Below are positions 11,592 through 24,532 of a stretch of 64,000 nt of DNA, in pieces. Below the pieces are notes generated by a model that was not told the DNA's origin, made no database searches, and saw nothing but the letters and a program-made list of their open reading frames with translations. The translations under genes and the position numbers were made by a program. This stretch comes from Macrostomum lignano (taxonomy: Eukaryota): NCBI GenBank assembly GCA_002269645.1, contig NIVC01002891.1, positions 1 through 64,000 of the forward strand, given 5' to 3'. The stretch's first letter is position 1, and every line of letters starts with the position of its first letter.

Positions 11592-13599
11592 TTATTTTCT
11601 AATCGAATCTGCATGAACTGCAGCAGCACAGCAGCACAGGTTGCGTGCCAGTTTAGCCATTCGCCATTGTCGCCAATTTTTCACGGCTGCTGCACTTCCG
11701 GTTGTGGCAATCACACGGCCTACTGCTGCATCAGCATCAGCTGCCGGACTGCATAAATTTGCTTTCTGGGAATCTCGTCCTTCATCTGCCGTGCATGCGG
11801 TTTTGCAGTCGCATTGCCGGCACAGGCCGGGCAGCTGTGCACTGGCCGTGTCGGAATCGACGGTCGCTCCGCAGACGTCGCATCTGGCGCAGCTGCGGTG
11901 CCAGACAGTGCGCCACAGGTGAACAGCCGCTGCCGGATGGTCTGGCACCGCAGAGCCTGCGATTTTGTCATCGGAACGGCGAGTGACTTTGTAAACCTTT
12001 GGCGGGAACTGCACTTTTGGTAGTCGTTAGTCTCTACAGTCTACTCACTCTACCCAATCAGAACCCACTCTACCCAATCAGAACCAACTCTACCCAATCA
12101 GAACCCACTCTACTCTATCAGAACCCACTCTACCCAATCAGAACCCACTCTACTCTATCAGAACCCACTCTACCCAATTAAAACCTGCTCTACCCAATCA
12201 GAACCTGCTCTACCCAATCAGAACCTGCTCTACCCAATCAGAACCTGCTCTACCCAATCAGAACCTGCTCTACCCAATCAGAACCTGCTCTACCCAATCA
12301 GAACCTGCTCTACCCAATCAGAACCCACTCTACCCAATCAGAACCCATTCTACCCTATCAGAACCCACTCTACCCAATCGGAACCCACTCTACTCAATCA
12401 GAACCCACTCTACCCAATCAGAACCCACTCTACCCAATCGGAACCCACTCTACCCAATCGGAACCCACTACCCAATCGGAACCCACTACCCAATCGGAAC
12501 CCACTACCCAATCGGAACCCACTACCCAATCGGAACCCATTACCTAATCAGAACCCACTCTATGACAGCAGCTTCTATAAATCGTTGGCTACACCAAAGA
12601 GTACAACTGAATGGCAACAGTACCCGTATACTGTGTAAAAGTACAAATTATCTCACCGCATCTGCTACAGCAGAAAGATTTAAACAATTTTGCGTAGTCG
12701 TAACTGCAATACCGAAAGCCGTCAACCTGAAAATATATGCGAAAAATGAACTGTTAACGCATTTGACCTTTTTCATTTGCGCAATCAATGATTATGTAGG
12801 AGCAGTTCTACCTCGATATAATTGTTTTCGTCCAACGGCTGAAGACACCGGCTGCATCTGTGGGTGGTTTCGGTGAAACACAATAAGTTAGCTCGTAATG
12901 TTTATGACTGATGAAGATCTAAGATGTTTGGGGAAGAGCTGGGGTCTGAGGTGGGGGAAATGAGGTAGTTAGGAAATGTTGTGGTTTTGCTAGGTCTTAT
13001 GTTTGGTGGGGTATAGGTAGGTGTAGGGTCTCAGATGAGAGAGAATGAAGTACGAGTAGAATATGGGTTAGGTGTGGGATCTCAGGTGAGAGAGATAAAA
13101 GAGAGATATGGGTTAGGTGTGGGTTCTCAGGTGGGAGGATAAGGTGGGATATGGGTTAGGTGTGGGATCTCAGGTGAGAGAGGATTAAGTGGGACATTGG
13201 TTAGGTGTGGGGTCTCAGATGAGAGGATAAGGTAGGAAAATGGGTTAGGTGTGGAATCTCAGGTGAGAGAGAATGAAGAGAGATAAAGATTAGGTGTAAG
13301 CAATGCAACAGGTTAGATATACAGATCTGCGAAAGCAGTTGCCAGCAATTTTGTTTGCAAAAGCAGAGAACAATGTTGCTTCTGCATCATCAGATCCGCC
13401 AATCGGAAACTCACGCAAAGCAGCCCGCATGGTAGCGGCGCCCCTTGCAGACCGGCGTGGTCTCCAGGGCGTCCACGATTCTCTCGTCGCAGTGGGCGCA
13501 GAAGGCGGAAAAGTCGCTGCATTGAAGAGGCGGAGGAATTTTGTAACTTTTTCCCAGCATAGCAACAGCCATTCGCTGAGAGGGCACTTGTGATTGCAT
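11592..13599 (-). CDS. Two-LIM-domain (LIM-only, LMO-like) zinc-finger protein, about 208-221 aa
   Basis: Exons 13599 (or 13560)-13415, 12857-12812, 12726-12657 and 11956-11592, all GT-AG and phase-consistent (666 nt from 13599). LIM1 CAHC...YHAGCFACSRC...YCSYDY; LIM2 CSRC-x19-HRSCARCDVC...LCRQC. No homeodomain seen before the stop. Confidence 0.85.
12043..12562. repeat. 19-nt minisatellite in LIM gene intron
   Basis: Unit TCTACCCAATCAGAACC(CAC/TGC), about 27 copies. Confidence 0.95.
12960..13290. repeat. Degenerate ~38-nt purine-rich repeat in LIM gene intron 1
   Basis: Recurrent ATGGGTTAGGTGTGGGATCTCAGGTGAGAG. Confidence 0.8.
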
Positions 13600-13902
13600 T
13601 GAATTTCATTAAGTGGAGGCCATGCAGCAATGAAGGCGCGCTGATGTTGAAGAGCGACAAGAATTTGTAGATTTTTCACCTGGCTGAGCTCCCGCTTATT
13701 TAATCAGAAAAAATGAGGTGCATTGTCTTCAGTCTTGCATTCTTCTCGTGTCTTCCAGGTGACAAAAGCTTTAGCACTTGCCAAAAAGAGTTGAAGAGAA
13801 GCAGAACAGCTATATTTTATACTGATCCCACCTAAACTCTACCTAAACCTAAGCGTCTATCCAATTCCTCCTTAACTAAACAATAAAATAACCCCATCTG
13901 CA

Positions 13903-14401
13903 CCCACCCCACTCTGCACCCACCTCACTCCGCACCCACCTCACTCCGCACCCACCTCACTCCGCACCCACCTCACTCCGCACCCACCTCACTCCGCACC
14001 CACCTCACTCCGCACCCACCTCACTCCGCACCCACCTCACTCTGCACCCACCTCACTCTGCACCCACCTCACTCCGCACCCACCTCACTCCGCACCCACC
14101 TCACTCCGCACCCACCTCACTCCGCACCCACCTCACTCCGCACCCACCTCACTCCGCACCCACCTCACTCCGCACCCACCTCACTCCGCACCCACCTCAC
14201 TCCGCACCCACCTCACTCCGCACCCACCTCACTCCGCACCCACCTCACTCCGCACCCACCTCACTCCGCACCCACCTCACTCCGCACCCACCTCACTCCG
14301 CACCCACCTCACTCCGCACCCACCTCACTCCGCACCCACCTCACTCCGCACCCACCTCACTCCGCACCCACCTCACTCCGCACCCACCTCACTCCGCACC
14401 C
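13903..14401. repeat. Very homogeneous 16-nt minisatellite (about 31 copies)
   Basis: Unit CACCCACCTCACTCCG. Confidence 0.97.
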
Positions 14402-14999
14402 GCCCCCTCCTCCATCCTAGCCAATATCAAGATTAGTCAATATTTCGAATCTCACAAATGCTGACTAGCCGCGTCGGGATGGGAGCCGGACTGGGCTCGA
14501 GCACAGGACCACGGCTGCCGCAGGAGCTCCAGTTGCCCCCGGCGGCATGTAGGACTGCCAGCTGCCACAGAATTCGAGCTGGGGGAGCAGAAAAAAAGGA
14601 GTTGCTAAAAGATATTCTGGCAGTGCATGGCACTGGTTAGGCAGAAGATGTTAAAAGCAGACGCAGATACCGCGGGTCTTGTCGCTTTCCATTAACTGCT
14701 TCGGCTAGGGAAGCTAAAAGCGGGTTATTTGTGTAAGCGAGATAGCAGGCGCGCACAGGCGGGCCCATGCAAATGTTAAAGTACATTTTGGCAGCTCCGG
14801 GGCAAACTGCTGATTGAATGAAATCTTGATATTACATGTACCTGAATTCATTGATTAACAAGAATATGGTCTGATATTACATACTGTACCACCCTACCCT
14901 CATTGCATCCGGTGCTCTTTTTTGATCCAAGACTCAATACTCAATGCCTCAGATCTCCCTGACACGCACATTCCCTCGTTGACTGGGCGCGAGCAGCTG

Positions 15000-15210
15000 A
15001 CTCACGCACTCCATTCTCCTGACTCACGCACTCCATTCTCCTGACTCACGCACTCAATTCTCCTGACTCACGCACTCCATTCTCCTGACTCACACACTCC
15101 TTACCTGACTCACACATTCTCCACTCACTCACACACTCCTTCCCTGACTCACATTCTCCACTGACTCACACACTCCTTACCTGACTCACACATTCTCCGC
15201 TGAACTCACA
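15000..15210. repeat. Degenerate ~21-nt repeat
   Basis: Unit CTGACTCACGCACTCCATTCTC and variants. Confidence 0.8.
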
Positions 15211-15954
15211 TTCTGTTCTCATTAATTCTCTTTAAAATCTCCTTCTCAGTTCCATTCCCAATCCTCCCAGTGCCAGTCCATTCGCAAGCGCCATCTTAGG
15301 CGGCAAAGTCAAACACGCAGTGCCAACACTCAACACATCCTGCAGTGCAACTCTGTTGACAAAACCCGAATCACCCCGGCTTGTCCTTAGCAGACCCAGT
15401 ATTTTTCCGGGGATCTACACGTGGTTTGTACTTTCCAGCCGGTGTGTTGAATATTGCAGCCTGCTGAGCACACAGGCTTGAGGCATTGGGAAGGGAAACG
15501 GTAAACACCAACTCTTTGCTTCTCTAACAGCTCAGCATCTCTTTTGGTTCACCATCAGCATCCAGATTAACCAATTGCTAATCGGTTTTTATCTCGAGTT
15601 TATACTAAGCTGGGCAAAGTAATCAGAAAATTCGAAGATAAAAATAACCTCATAGCAACCGTGTCTTGACTAGATGTACTTTCTTTTGTTGCTGTCTGGT
15701 GAGGTTGGCTCTACTCCGTCACGAATTTTGGAGGAGACCGAAGGTTAAAGTTACAGAGAGCTCCAGTGAAGTTGGCTTGTTTTTCTCAGTTAAATGCATT
15801 TTTGTGTATCTCTTTAAGATCAAGTTAGCTACATATGTATACAAGGACCACTGCAGTCCACTTTAGTGGTCCTTGCATGTATGCTAAACATACATGCAAA
15901 TATTTAGTTAAAAATTTAGTATATAGTATCGAACGAACTTTAATAAAAATATTC

Positions 15955-17985
15955 TAAAGGATTGCTAATCTAGCCAATAGCTGTAGATAAAAGAGTAGAA
16001 TGGATTGCTAATCTATCCAACTGCTGCTGTAGATGAAAGAGTAGAATGGATTGCTAATCTAGCCAACTGCTGCTGTAGATAAAAGAGTAGAATGGATTGC
16101 TAATCTAGCCAATAGCTGTAGATAAAAGAGTAGAATGGATTGCTAATCTTGCCAATAGCTGTAGATAAAAGAGCAGAATGGATTGCTAATCTAGCCAACT
16201 GCTGCTGTAGATAAAAGAGTAGAATGGATTGCTAATCTAGCCAATAGCTGTAGATGAAAGAGTAGAATGGATTGCTAATCTGGCCAATAGCTGTAGATAA
16301 AAGAGTAGAATGGATTGCTAATCTAGCCAATAGCTGTAGATAAAAGAGTAGAATGGATTGCTAATCTAGCCAATAGCTGTAGATAAAAGAGTAGAATGGA
16401 TTGCTAATCTAGCCAATAGCTGTAGATAAAAGAGTAGAATGGATTGCTAATCTTCCAATAGCTGTAGATAAAAGAGTAGAATGGATTGCTAATCTTGTCA
16501 AAAGCTGTAGATAAAAGAGTAGAATGGATTGCTAATCTATCCAACTGCTGCTGTAGATGAAAGAGTAGAATGGATTGCTAATCTAGCCAACTGCTGCTGT
16601 AGATAAAAGAGTAGAATGGATTGCTAATCTAGCCAATAGCTGTAGATAAAAGAGTAGAATGGATTGCTAATCTAGCCAATAGCTGCTGTAGATAAAAGAG
16701 TAGAATGGATTGCTAATCTAGCCAATAGCTGTAGATAAAAGAGTAGAATGGATTGCTAATCTAGCCAACTGCTGCTGTAGATAAAAGAGTAGAATGGATT
16801 GCTAATCTAGCCAATAGCTGTAGATAAAAGAGTAGAATGGATTGCTAATCTGGCCAATAGCTGTAGATGAAAGAGTAGAATGGATTGCTAATCTAGCCAA
16901 TAGCTGTAGATAAAAGAGTAGAATGGATTGCTAATCTAGCCAATAGCTGTAGATAAAAGAGTAGAATGGATTGCTAATCTAGCCAATAGCTGTAGATAAA
17001 AGAGTAGAATGGATTGCTAATCTTCCCAATAGCTGTAGATAAAAGAGTAGAATGGATTGCTAATCTTGTCAAAAGCTGTAGATAAAAGAGTAGAATGGAT
17101 TGCTAATCTATCCAACTGCTGCTGTAGATGAAAGAGTAGAATGGATTGCTAATCTAGCCAACTGCTGCTGTAGATAAAAGAGTAGAATGGATTGCTAATC
17201 TAGCCAATAGCTGTAGATAAAAGAGTAGAATGGATTGCTAATCTAGCCAATAGCTGCTGTAGATAAAAGAGTAGAATGGATTGCTAATCTAGCCAATAGC
17301 TGTAGATAAAAGAGTAGAATGGATTGCTAATCTAGCCAACTGCTGCTGTAGATAAAAGAGTAGAATGGATTGCTAATCTAGCCAATAGCTGTAGATAAAA
17401 GAGTAGAATGGATTGCTAATCTGGCCAATAGCTGTAGATAAAAGAGTAGAATGGATTGCTAATCTAGCCAATAGCTGTAGATAAAAGAGTAGAATGGATT
17501 GCTAATCTAGCCAATAGCTGTAGATAAAAGAGTAGAATGGATTGCTAATCTAGCCAATAGCTGTAGATAAAAGAGTAGAATGGATTGCTAATCTAGCCAA
17601 TAGCTGTAGATAAAAGAGTAGAATAGATTGCTAATCTTGCCAATAGCTGTAGATAAAAGAGTAGAATGGATTGCTAATCTGGCCAATAGCTGTAGATGAA
17701 AGAGTAGAATTGATTGCTAATCTAGCCAATAGCTGTAGATAAAAGAGTAGAATGGATTGCTAATCTAGCCAATAGCTGTAGATAAAAGAGTAGAATGGAT
17801 TGCTAATCTAGCCAATAGCTGTAGATAAAAGAGTAGAATGGATTGCTAATCTTACCAATAGCTGTAGATGAAAGAGTAGAATGGATTGCTAATCTAGCCA
17901 ATAGCTGTAGATGAAAGAGTAGAATGGATTGCTAATCTGGCCAATAGCTGTAGATGAAAGAGTAGAATGGACTGCTAATCTATCC
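15955..17985. repeat. 38/41-nt satellite (about 52 copies) with a ~571-nt higher-order duplication
   Basis: Unit GTAGATAAAAGAGTAGAATGGATTGCTAATCTAGCCAATAGCT; the rare variant CTTGTCAAAAGC occurs at 16494 and 17065 in identical context. Confidence 0.97.
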
Positions 17986-18118
17986 TCTCACAGATCTAAG
18001 CTCAACTAGTTTTTGGCTACCCTCTTTTTAGCAGGAAAAACAACTCGGCCGTAAAGAATTTGATTTGCTCATGCATGCAATTACCTGTAGCTGTCAAGAT
18101 GGAGTCGAAGATTGTGTT

Positions 18119-19000
18119 TCACAGGCCGCTGTGCAGGACTTGGCTGCTGCTCAGTTCTTGAACAATCCTCCATCGATTTTCGGCAAACTGGATCGCTTCG
18201 AAGCGACTTTGTAGCGACTCTGCTTTCCCCTCCTGTGTTCTCTCTGTAGATAAAATAAAAGCCAAGCCAGCATGCAGTGTCAGGGGAGAGAGAGATCAGA
18301 GGGGTGATGCGTGGGGGCTGCAGGGAAAGGCCTGGGAGCCAATGAGAAACCGCGGGCAGAGGGAGGGTGAGAAGAGAAATGGCAGTGGAAGGTGTTCTGT
18401 CTAGAGAGAGAAGATTCTCTCCGTCTCCTCCTCAGCTGATCTGCGTGAGCTCAAATCTTTACTCACGGCCGCTTCCGCTGCTCTGCATCCGCAGTTTAGG
18501 ATTTGGAGTTTCGCTTTTCTTCCTGCGTATTTTATTCTCTTCTGCAAGCAGAGCCAAGACGCTGCCAACAGCTGCTCTGTTGAAAAGATGGGAAGGAAAA
18601 ACTTCTCTAAAAAGAGACTTGGAAAAAAGGTAAAAAAATGTATGCCGGAGCCAGGTGAGAGGAATCAGGAACTAAACGGGGACAAAGGCTTTTGGCGAAC
18701 AATGGGGGATTCTAACTGAGTCTGCTGCGAATGAAATAGTTACGTATGAATAAGTAAATTTTGGAGAAAAATATACAGAAAAATGAGAGAGATAGAGATG
18801 GGAAGGGAGAGGGTGAGGGAGAAGATTAGGGAGAGGGTGAGGGAGAGGGTGAGAGAGAGGGTGAGGGAGAGGGTGAGAGAGAGGGTAAGGGAGAGGGTGA
18901 GGGAGAGGGTGAGGGAGAGGGTGAGGGAGAGGGTGAGGGAGAGGGTGAGGGAGAGGGTGAGGGAGAGGGTGAGGGAGAGGGTGAGGGAGAGGGTGAGGGA

Positions 19001-19031
<31 letters not shown>

Positions 19032-19583
19032 GGGGAGAGAATGAGGAAGAGAATGGGGGAGAAGGTGAGGGAGAGGGTGAGGGAGAGGGTGAGGGAGAGG
19101 GTGAGAAAGAGGGTGAGGGAGAGAGTAATGGAGAGGGTGAGGGAGAGGGTGGAGGAGAGGGTGAGGGAGAGGGTGAGGGTGAGGGAGAGGGTGAGGGAGA
19201 GGGTGAGGGAGGGAGAGGGTGAGGGAGGGGGTGAGGGAGAGGGTGAGGGAGAGGGTGAGAGAGAGGGTGAGGGAGAGGGTGAGGGAGAGGGTGAGGGAGA
19301 GGGTGAGGGTGAGGGTGAGAAAGAGGGTGAGGGAGAGAGTAATGGAGAGGGTGAGGGAGAGGGTGAGGGAGAGGGAGAGGGAGAGGGAGAGGGTGAGGGA
19401 GAGGGAGAGGGAGAGGGTGAGGGAGAGGGTGAGAATGGGTTGAGAGAGTTTGAGAGTAAGGAGAGTCGAGTTTGAGGGAGAGCCAGACAGTACAATCAGA
19501 ATGACAAAAAACACATTAAAGTAGAAAGAGACTTTTCCTGCCCTCTCTACCCCCATTTACTTGATTAATCTTTTCAACTTCAT
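18119..19583 (-). CDS. Candidate three-exon orphan microprotein (85 aa)
   Basis: Exons 19583-19561, 18576-18467 and 18243-18119; donors GTAAAT and GTGAGT; acceptors TTTTCAACAG and TTTTATCTACAG; phases 2 then 1 are consistent. Product [28 protein letters not shown]...[33 protein letters not shown]. Confidence 0.4.
18795..19435. repeat. Purine-rich (GAGGGT/GAGGGA)n low-complexity array
   Basis: 6/12-nt periodicity, GAGGGTGAGGGA. Confidence 0.95.
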
Positions 19584-20129
19584 TTTTTCTACTCTTTAAT
19601 GCCCACGCTCTCGCATATGAGTTTATTTTCTGGCATCCTGTCTCACTGCGGCTTCGCGACCTCAAGTGAACTCTGCAGACTGGACTGACCAAACTGAATG
19701 ACTCATCTTCCAATTCATTCTGAGCTCATTGCTTGAATACTCATTGCTTCCTTTTTTAAAGACAGAAAACTTTTGAGCTGTCCGCAGCTGCGGCATCAAT
19801 ATGTGCAGAGTGAGGATCCGCCCCGCCCACACTGGCTTGTATCCCTTGCCCGTCTCGTTACCAACTCGTTACTCACGGCATGGAGCAGGCCACTCAATTA
19901 TCGATCCGAGCCAATAGCCAAGCAAGTTGCCCAGCAAGCCTGGCGTCTCTTCTCATGATACTCAAGCAGCTTTTTTTGTACTTTTGAGTTCGCCTGCACC
20001 GGCCCTGACCTTAGAGGCAGCTTCTCAGAAATCTATTACTGCTCACACAAAATATAATGGGATAAGAAAAAATTATTAACTTTCAAACTATAGTCTAATA
20101 CAACACTGCTATCAGGTCGATCCTTCAGA

Positions 20130-21130
20130 TCTGATGGGGTACTCGATCTTGGAGGAATCTGACGGGATGAAACTGGAGGAATGTCATGGGGGATCTTGGA
20201 GAAATCTGATGAGGTGTCCCAGAGGAATCTGATGAGGTGTCCCAGAGGAATCTGATGAGGTGTCCCGGAGGAATCTGATGAGGTGTCCCGGAGGAATCTG
20301 ATGAGGTGTCCCGGAGGAATCTGATGAGGTGTCCCGGAGGAATCTGATGAGGTGTCCCGGAGGAATCTGATGAGGTGTCCCAGAGGAATCTGATGAGGTG
20401 TCCCGGAGGAATCTGATGAGGTGTCCCGGAGGAATCTGATGAGGTGTCCCGGAGGAATCTGATGAGGTGTCCCGGAGGAATCTGATGAGGTGTCCCGGAG
20501 GAATCTGATGAGGTGTCCCGGAGGAATCTGATGAGGTGTCCCGGAGGAATCTGATGAGGTGTCCCGGAGGAATCTGATGAGGTGTCCCGGAGGAATCTGA
20601 TGAGGTGTCCCGGAGGAATCTGATGAGGTGTCCCGGAGGAATCTGATGAGGTGTCCCGGAGGAATCTGATGAGGTGTCCCAGAGGAATCTGATGAGGTGT
20701 CCCGGAGGAATCTGATGAGGTGTCCCGGAGGAATCTGATGAGGTGTCCCGGAGGAATCTGATGAGGTGTCCCGGAGGAATCTGATGAGGTGTCCCGGAGG
20801 AATCTGATGAGGTGTCCCGGAGGAATCTGATGAGGTGTCCCGGAGGAATCTGATGAGGTGTCCCGGAGGAATCTGATGAGGTGTCCCAGAGGAATCTGAT
20901 GAGGTGTCCCAGAGGAATCTGACGGGTTATATTGGAGGAATCTGATGAGGTGTCCTGGAGGAATCTGACGGGGTATCTTGGAGGAATCTGATGGGGTATC
21001 TTGAAGGAATCTGATGGGGTATCTTGGAGGAATCTGACGGGGTATCTTGGAGGAATCTGATGGGGTATCTTGAAGGAATCTGATGGGGTATCTTGGAGGA
21101 ATCTGATGGGGTATCTTAGAGGAATCTGAT
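20130..21130. repeat. 23-nt minisatellite with a homogeneous core and degenerate flanks
   Basis: Unit GAGGAATCTGATGAGGTGTCCC(G/A); core about 20205-20925. Confidence 0.97.
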
Positions 21131-21524
21131 GGTTTAACTGATCCGAATTCCCTCTAAGATTTTATTTTATAATGTTTTTTAAACAACTCGATAGTTACAA
21201 GCCGTAAGAAGCTACTCGGTGGCTACTCACTCAGCTCTGTTTGATTTGTTTCGTGCCTGAATTGTTTATAATTTCGATTTTCATACCGAACTTTTCTATT
21301 ATTAGCAGTGCGGCAATTTTATTCAAACACATCCAGATTTTGCGTAGTTAAATTTGGATAAGATTCGCAGGGCTCTTCGCGTACACAAGGCAGTGGCTAC
21401 TCATGCGCAGACTCCTTTGCGTTAAAATTTGATTCGGGTACTTAACGACATGAAAATTAGGAAAATACGATACTCGCATATTATTCTAGCTCGAGGTGCA
21501 ACCTACGAGCGTATTTACCTCAGA

Positions 21525-22120
21525 CATTGATTCTCTGACACATCTGTTGTTGAAGCTCTGAGACATCTGTCATGAAGCTCTGACACATCTGCTATTGAAG
21601 CTCTGACACATCTGTCATGACGCTCTGACACATCTGTTATTGAAGCTCTGACACATCTGTCATTGAAGCTCTGACACGTCTGTCATTGAAGCTCTGACAC
21701 ATCTGTCATTGAAGCTCTGACACATCTGTCATTGAAGCTCTGACACATCTGTTATGAAGCTCTGACACAACTGTCATGACGCTATGACACATCTGTTATT
21801 GAAGCTCTGACACATCTGTTATGAAGCTCTGACACATCTGTTATGAAGCTCTGACACATCTGTCGTGAAGATCTGACACATCTGTTATTGAAGCTCTGAC
21901 ACATCTGTTATGAAGCTCTGACACATCTGTCGTGAAGATCTGACACATCTGTTATTGAAGCTCTGACACATCTGTTATGAAGCTCTGAGACATCTTTCAT
22001 GAAGCTCTGACACATCTGTCATGACGCTCTGACACATCTGTCATTGAAGCTCTGACACATCTGTTATGAAGCTCTGACACATCTGTCGTGAAGCTCTGAC
22101 ACATCTGTCATGACGCTCTG
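21525..22120. repeat. 22-23-nt minisatellite
   Basis: Unit GAAGCTCTGACACATCTGT(TAT/CATT). Confidence 0.95.
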
Positions 22121-22279
22121 ATAATTCTTTGTTGAAATCTGCTTCAATCAGTCCGTCGGTCGGTCACCAGTTGGACTGGCTGTGTAAAAGAAAACAATTT
22201 TGAAACAAAATGTTTAAATTTCTCTACTATTAGTAGGCCATGCAGCTCTGATAAAATTCTTAACTCAATGCCGTCTTGG

Positions 22280-23988
22280 TCATTCAGGAGCGAGAACGCG
22301 CCCAGCCATCGGCAGCATCTCGACGGGGTCCGTCAGGGCGCCCCGACGGCGACGGCGTTGAGAGCCGACCAGCGGCTGCGGCCGGCCTCCACGCCGGTTG
22401 GCGAGCAGCAGGCGGCTCAGCTGGTCGCGGAACTTGGCGCTGAAGGCGAAGAACACGAAAAAGCTGGCCAAGGCGTCGGCGGACGCCAGCAGGTCGCTGG
22501 CCGGCGACAGCCAGTCCGGAAGCGGCGGTGCAGGCCGAAGGCGACGAGCACCGCGCCGGGCAGCTCGAACACGGAGAAGCTGATCGCCAGCGCCAGCACG
22601 ATGCGGGTGGCAACGATGCCGCCGTCAGTTTGCAGCAGGCGGTAGGCAGCAGCCGCCGCAGTCTCTCCCGGCCGGTTGCCCCTGGTAACGGCCAGCTGGG
22701 CGGCGGTGACGCCAGAGGCCAGCAGGATCAGCGGCACGGGCAGGTAAGTCTGAGGCGTCCTCGTCAGCGGCAGCATCACGTCCACCAGGAACCGCTCGCT
22801 GCCGTCGGTCGCCAGACGCCACGCGGCGAAGGTGCCGGGCCCGGCGGCGGCCGTGACCAGCAACAGGACGGCGAAGCTGCACAGCTGGAAGCGGCGCGTC
22901 AGCCAGCGGCGGAATTTCAGTGGCCGGAAGGTGACCAGGCAGAAGAACACGCTGACGCAGGCCGTCCACATGTTCTTCACGGCCACGCTGACGACACCCA
23001 GCAGTAGCTGACCTGACGGAGAGTGCGTGTGAGACTTGGGGAACATGGGGAAACATGGGGAAGATGGGAGAGACATGGGGAAAATGGGACAGACATGGGG
23101 AAGATGGAACAGACATGGGGAAGATGAGAGAGACATGGGGAAGATGGGAGAGACATGGGGAAGATGGGACAGACATGGGGAAGATGAGACAGACATGGGG
23201 AAGATGGGAGAGACATGGGGAAGATGGGAGAGACATGTGGAAGATGGGACAGACATGGGGAAGATGGGATAGACATGGGGAAGATGGGACAGACATGGGG
23301 AAGATGGAACAGACATGGGGAAGATGGGAGAGACATGTGGAAGATGGGACAGACATGGGGAAGATGAGACAGACATGGGGAAGATGGAACAGACATGGGG
23401 AAGATGAGAGAGACATGGGGAAGATGGGACAGACATGGGGAAGATGGGACAGACATGGAGAAGATGGGACAGACATGGAGAAGATGGGACAGACATGGGG
23501 AAGATGGGACAGACATGGAGAAGATGGGACAGACATGGGGAAGATGGGACAGACATGGGGAAGATGGGACAGACATGGGGAACATGCAGGGCCATTAGAT
23601 ATGCAGCATTGGGACACGAAAGCGCCCATCGCTAAACAAATCACAGCGTGCACTTGCATCGAACAAGATCCCGGCCGCAGATCCGGGGCCCGCAGGCAGC
23701 CGCAGCAGCAGAATCGCCAGATCGATCGGCGCGTAGGCGCACAGGGTCAGGCAGACGCAGTAGTTGGTGTGCGCCAGCTCCAGCAGGAGGAGGCCGATGT
23801 TCACCCGATGTCGCAGTGTCCGCCGCCTGAGCAGCCGGACTGACAGGCAGCTGAGCAGCAGGCCCAGAGCAGCTACTGGAATCATGACCGCCCGAACGGC
23901 GATGTACGCCTTGCTGTACGAAACAGATTCGCTAGTACTTGAGGTTGGACTGCAAGCTCCGATTGTCAAGAGTGGCGTTGTCGAGCAT
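22280..23988 (-). CDS. Divergent rhodopsin-type 7TM GPCR (peptide-receptor-like), with two apparent frameshifts; may be a pseudogene
   Basis: Exon 1 from ATG 23988 (MLDNATLDNRS, N-glycosylation sequons; frameshift near 23950), TM1-TM2 to about 23654 (donor uncertain). The intron holds a 21-nt array. Exon 2 from 23012 carries TM3 (KNMWTACVSVFFCLVTFRPLKFR), TM4-TM5 and TM6 (LAISFSVFELPGAVL), a frameshift near 22530, then TM7/helix 8 (ASFFVFFAFSAKFRDQL) and the stop at 22280. Confidence 0.75.
23035..23585. repeat. 21-nt minisatellite in GPCR intron
   Basis: Unit GACATGGGGAAGATGGGACA(G). Confidence 0.95.
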
Positions 23989-24532
23989 GGCTGACTAATA
24001 TTCACGAAGAATAACTCAGACAGCAGTTTCTAATTTTTTCGGCTGTCTGAGTCAAGCGTTTTGGTAGAAATTTCTTCTGCATATAAAATACATGTATTAG
24101 AGGCCCAAATTAGGCCCCCTGCGTGCTGTTGGCTTGATGGCTAATTAATAACAGCACTGAACTACCGGGAATTCTCAGATTCTCAGAAGCAAACTATTTA
24201 TTTACTAGATTAACCTGCGCGCGCACACCAAGCGACAACCTGCAGACTCGACAAAATGATAGCTAGCGACGCGCGAGCTGATGACAATTTCTAAGAAATC
24301 ATATGCGATGGATTCGACGCCTTTGTAATTACAAAAAATATTCTGCCTTCTGCACGGAGTTCAAGAAATGGAAATGGCAGTTTTTTGTTTACCACATAAT
24401 CTTTCACGATGACTTCAGTACATAAAAATTCGCAGTTGATTGAGGGAGAGGTATACTTTATAGTCTGATCGGGAATCAAGCAAGATGAAACGGGGTAAAA
24501 TGGGAGAATCAATACTAAGAGAATCATCCCAG

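Noticed and set aside
12960-13290. CTCAG|GTGAG splice-like junctions in this repeat
   Set aside because: They are antisense to the host LIM gene, so they cannot act as its splice sites.
14430-14700. GC-rich segment with 60-66-aa ORFs on both strands
   Set aside because: No homology and no phase-consistent partner exons found.
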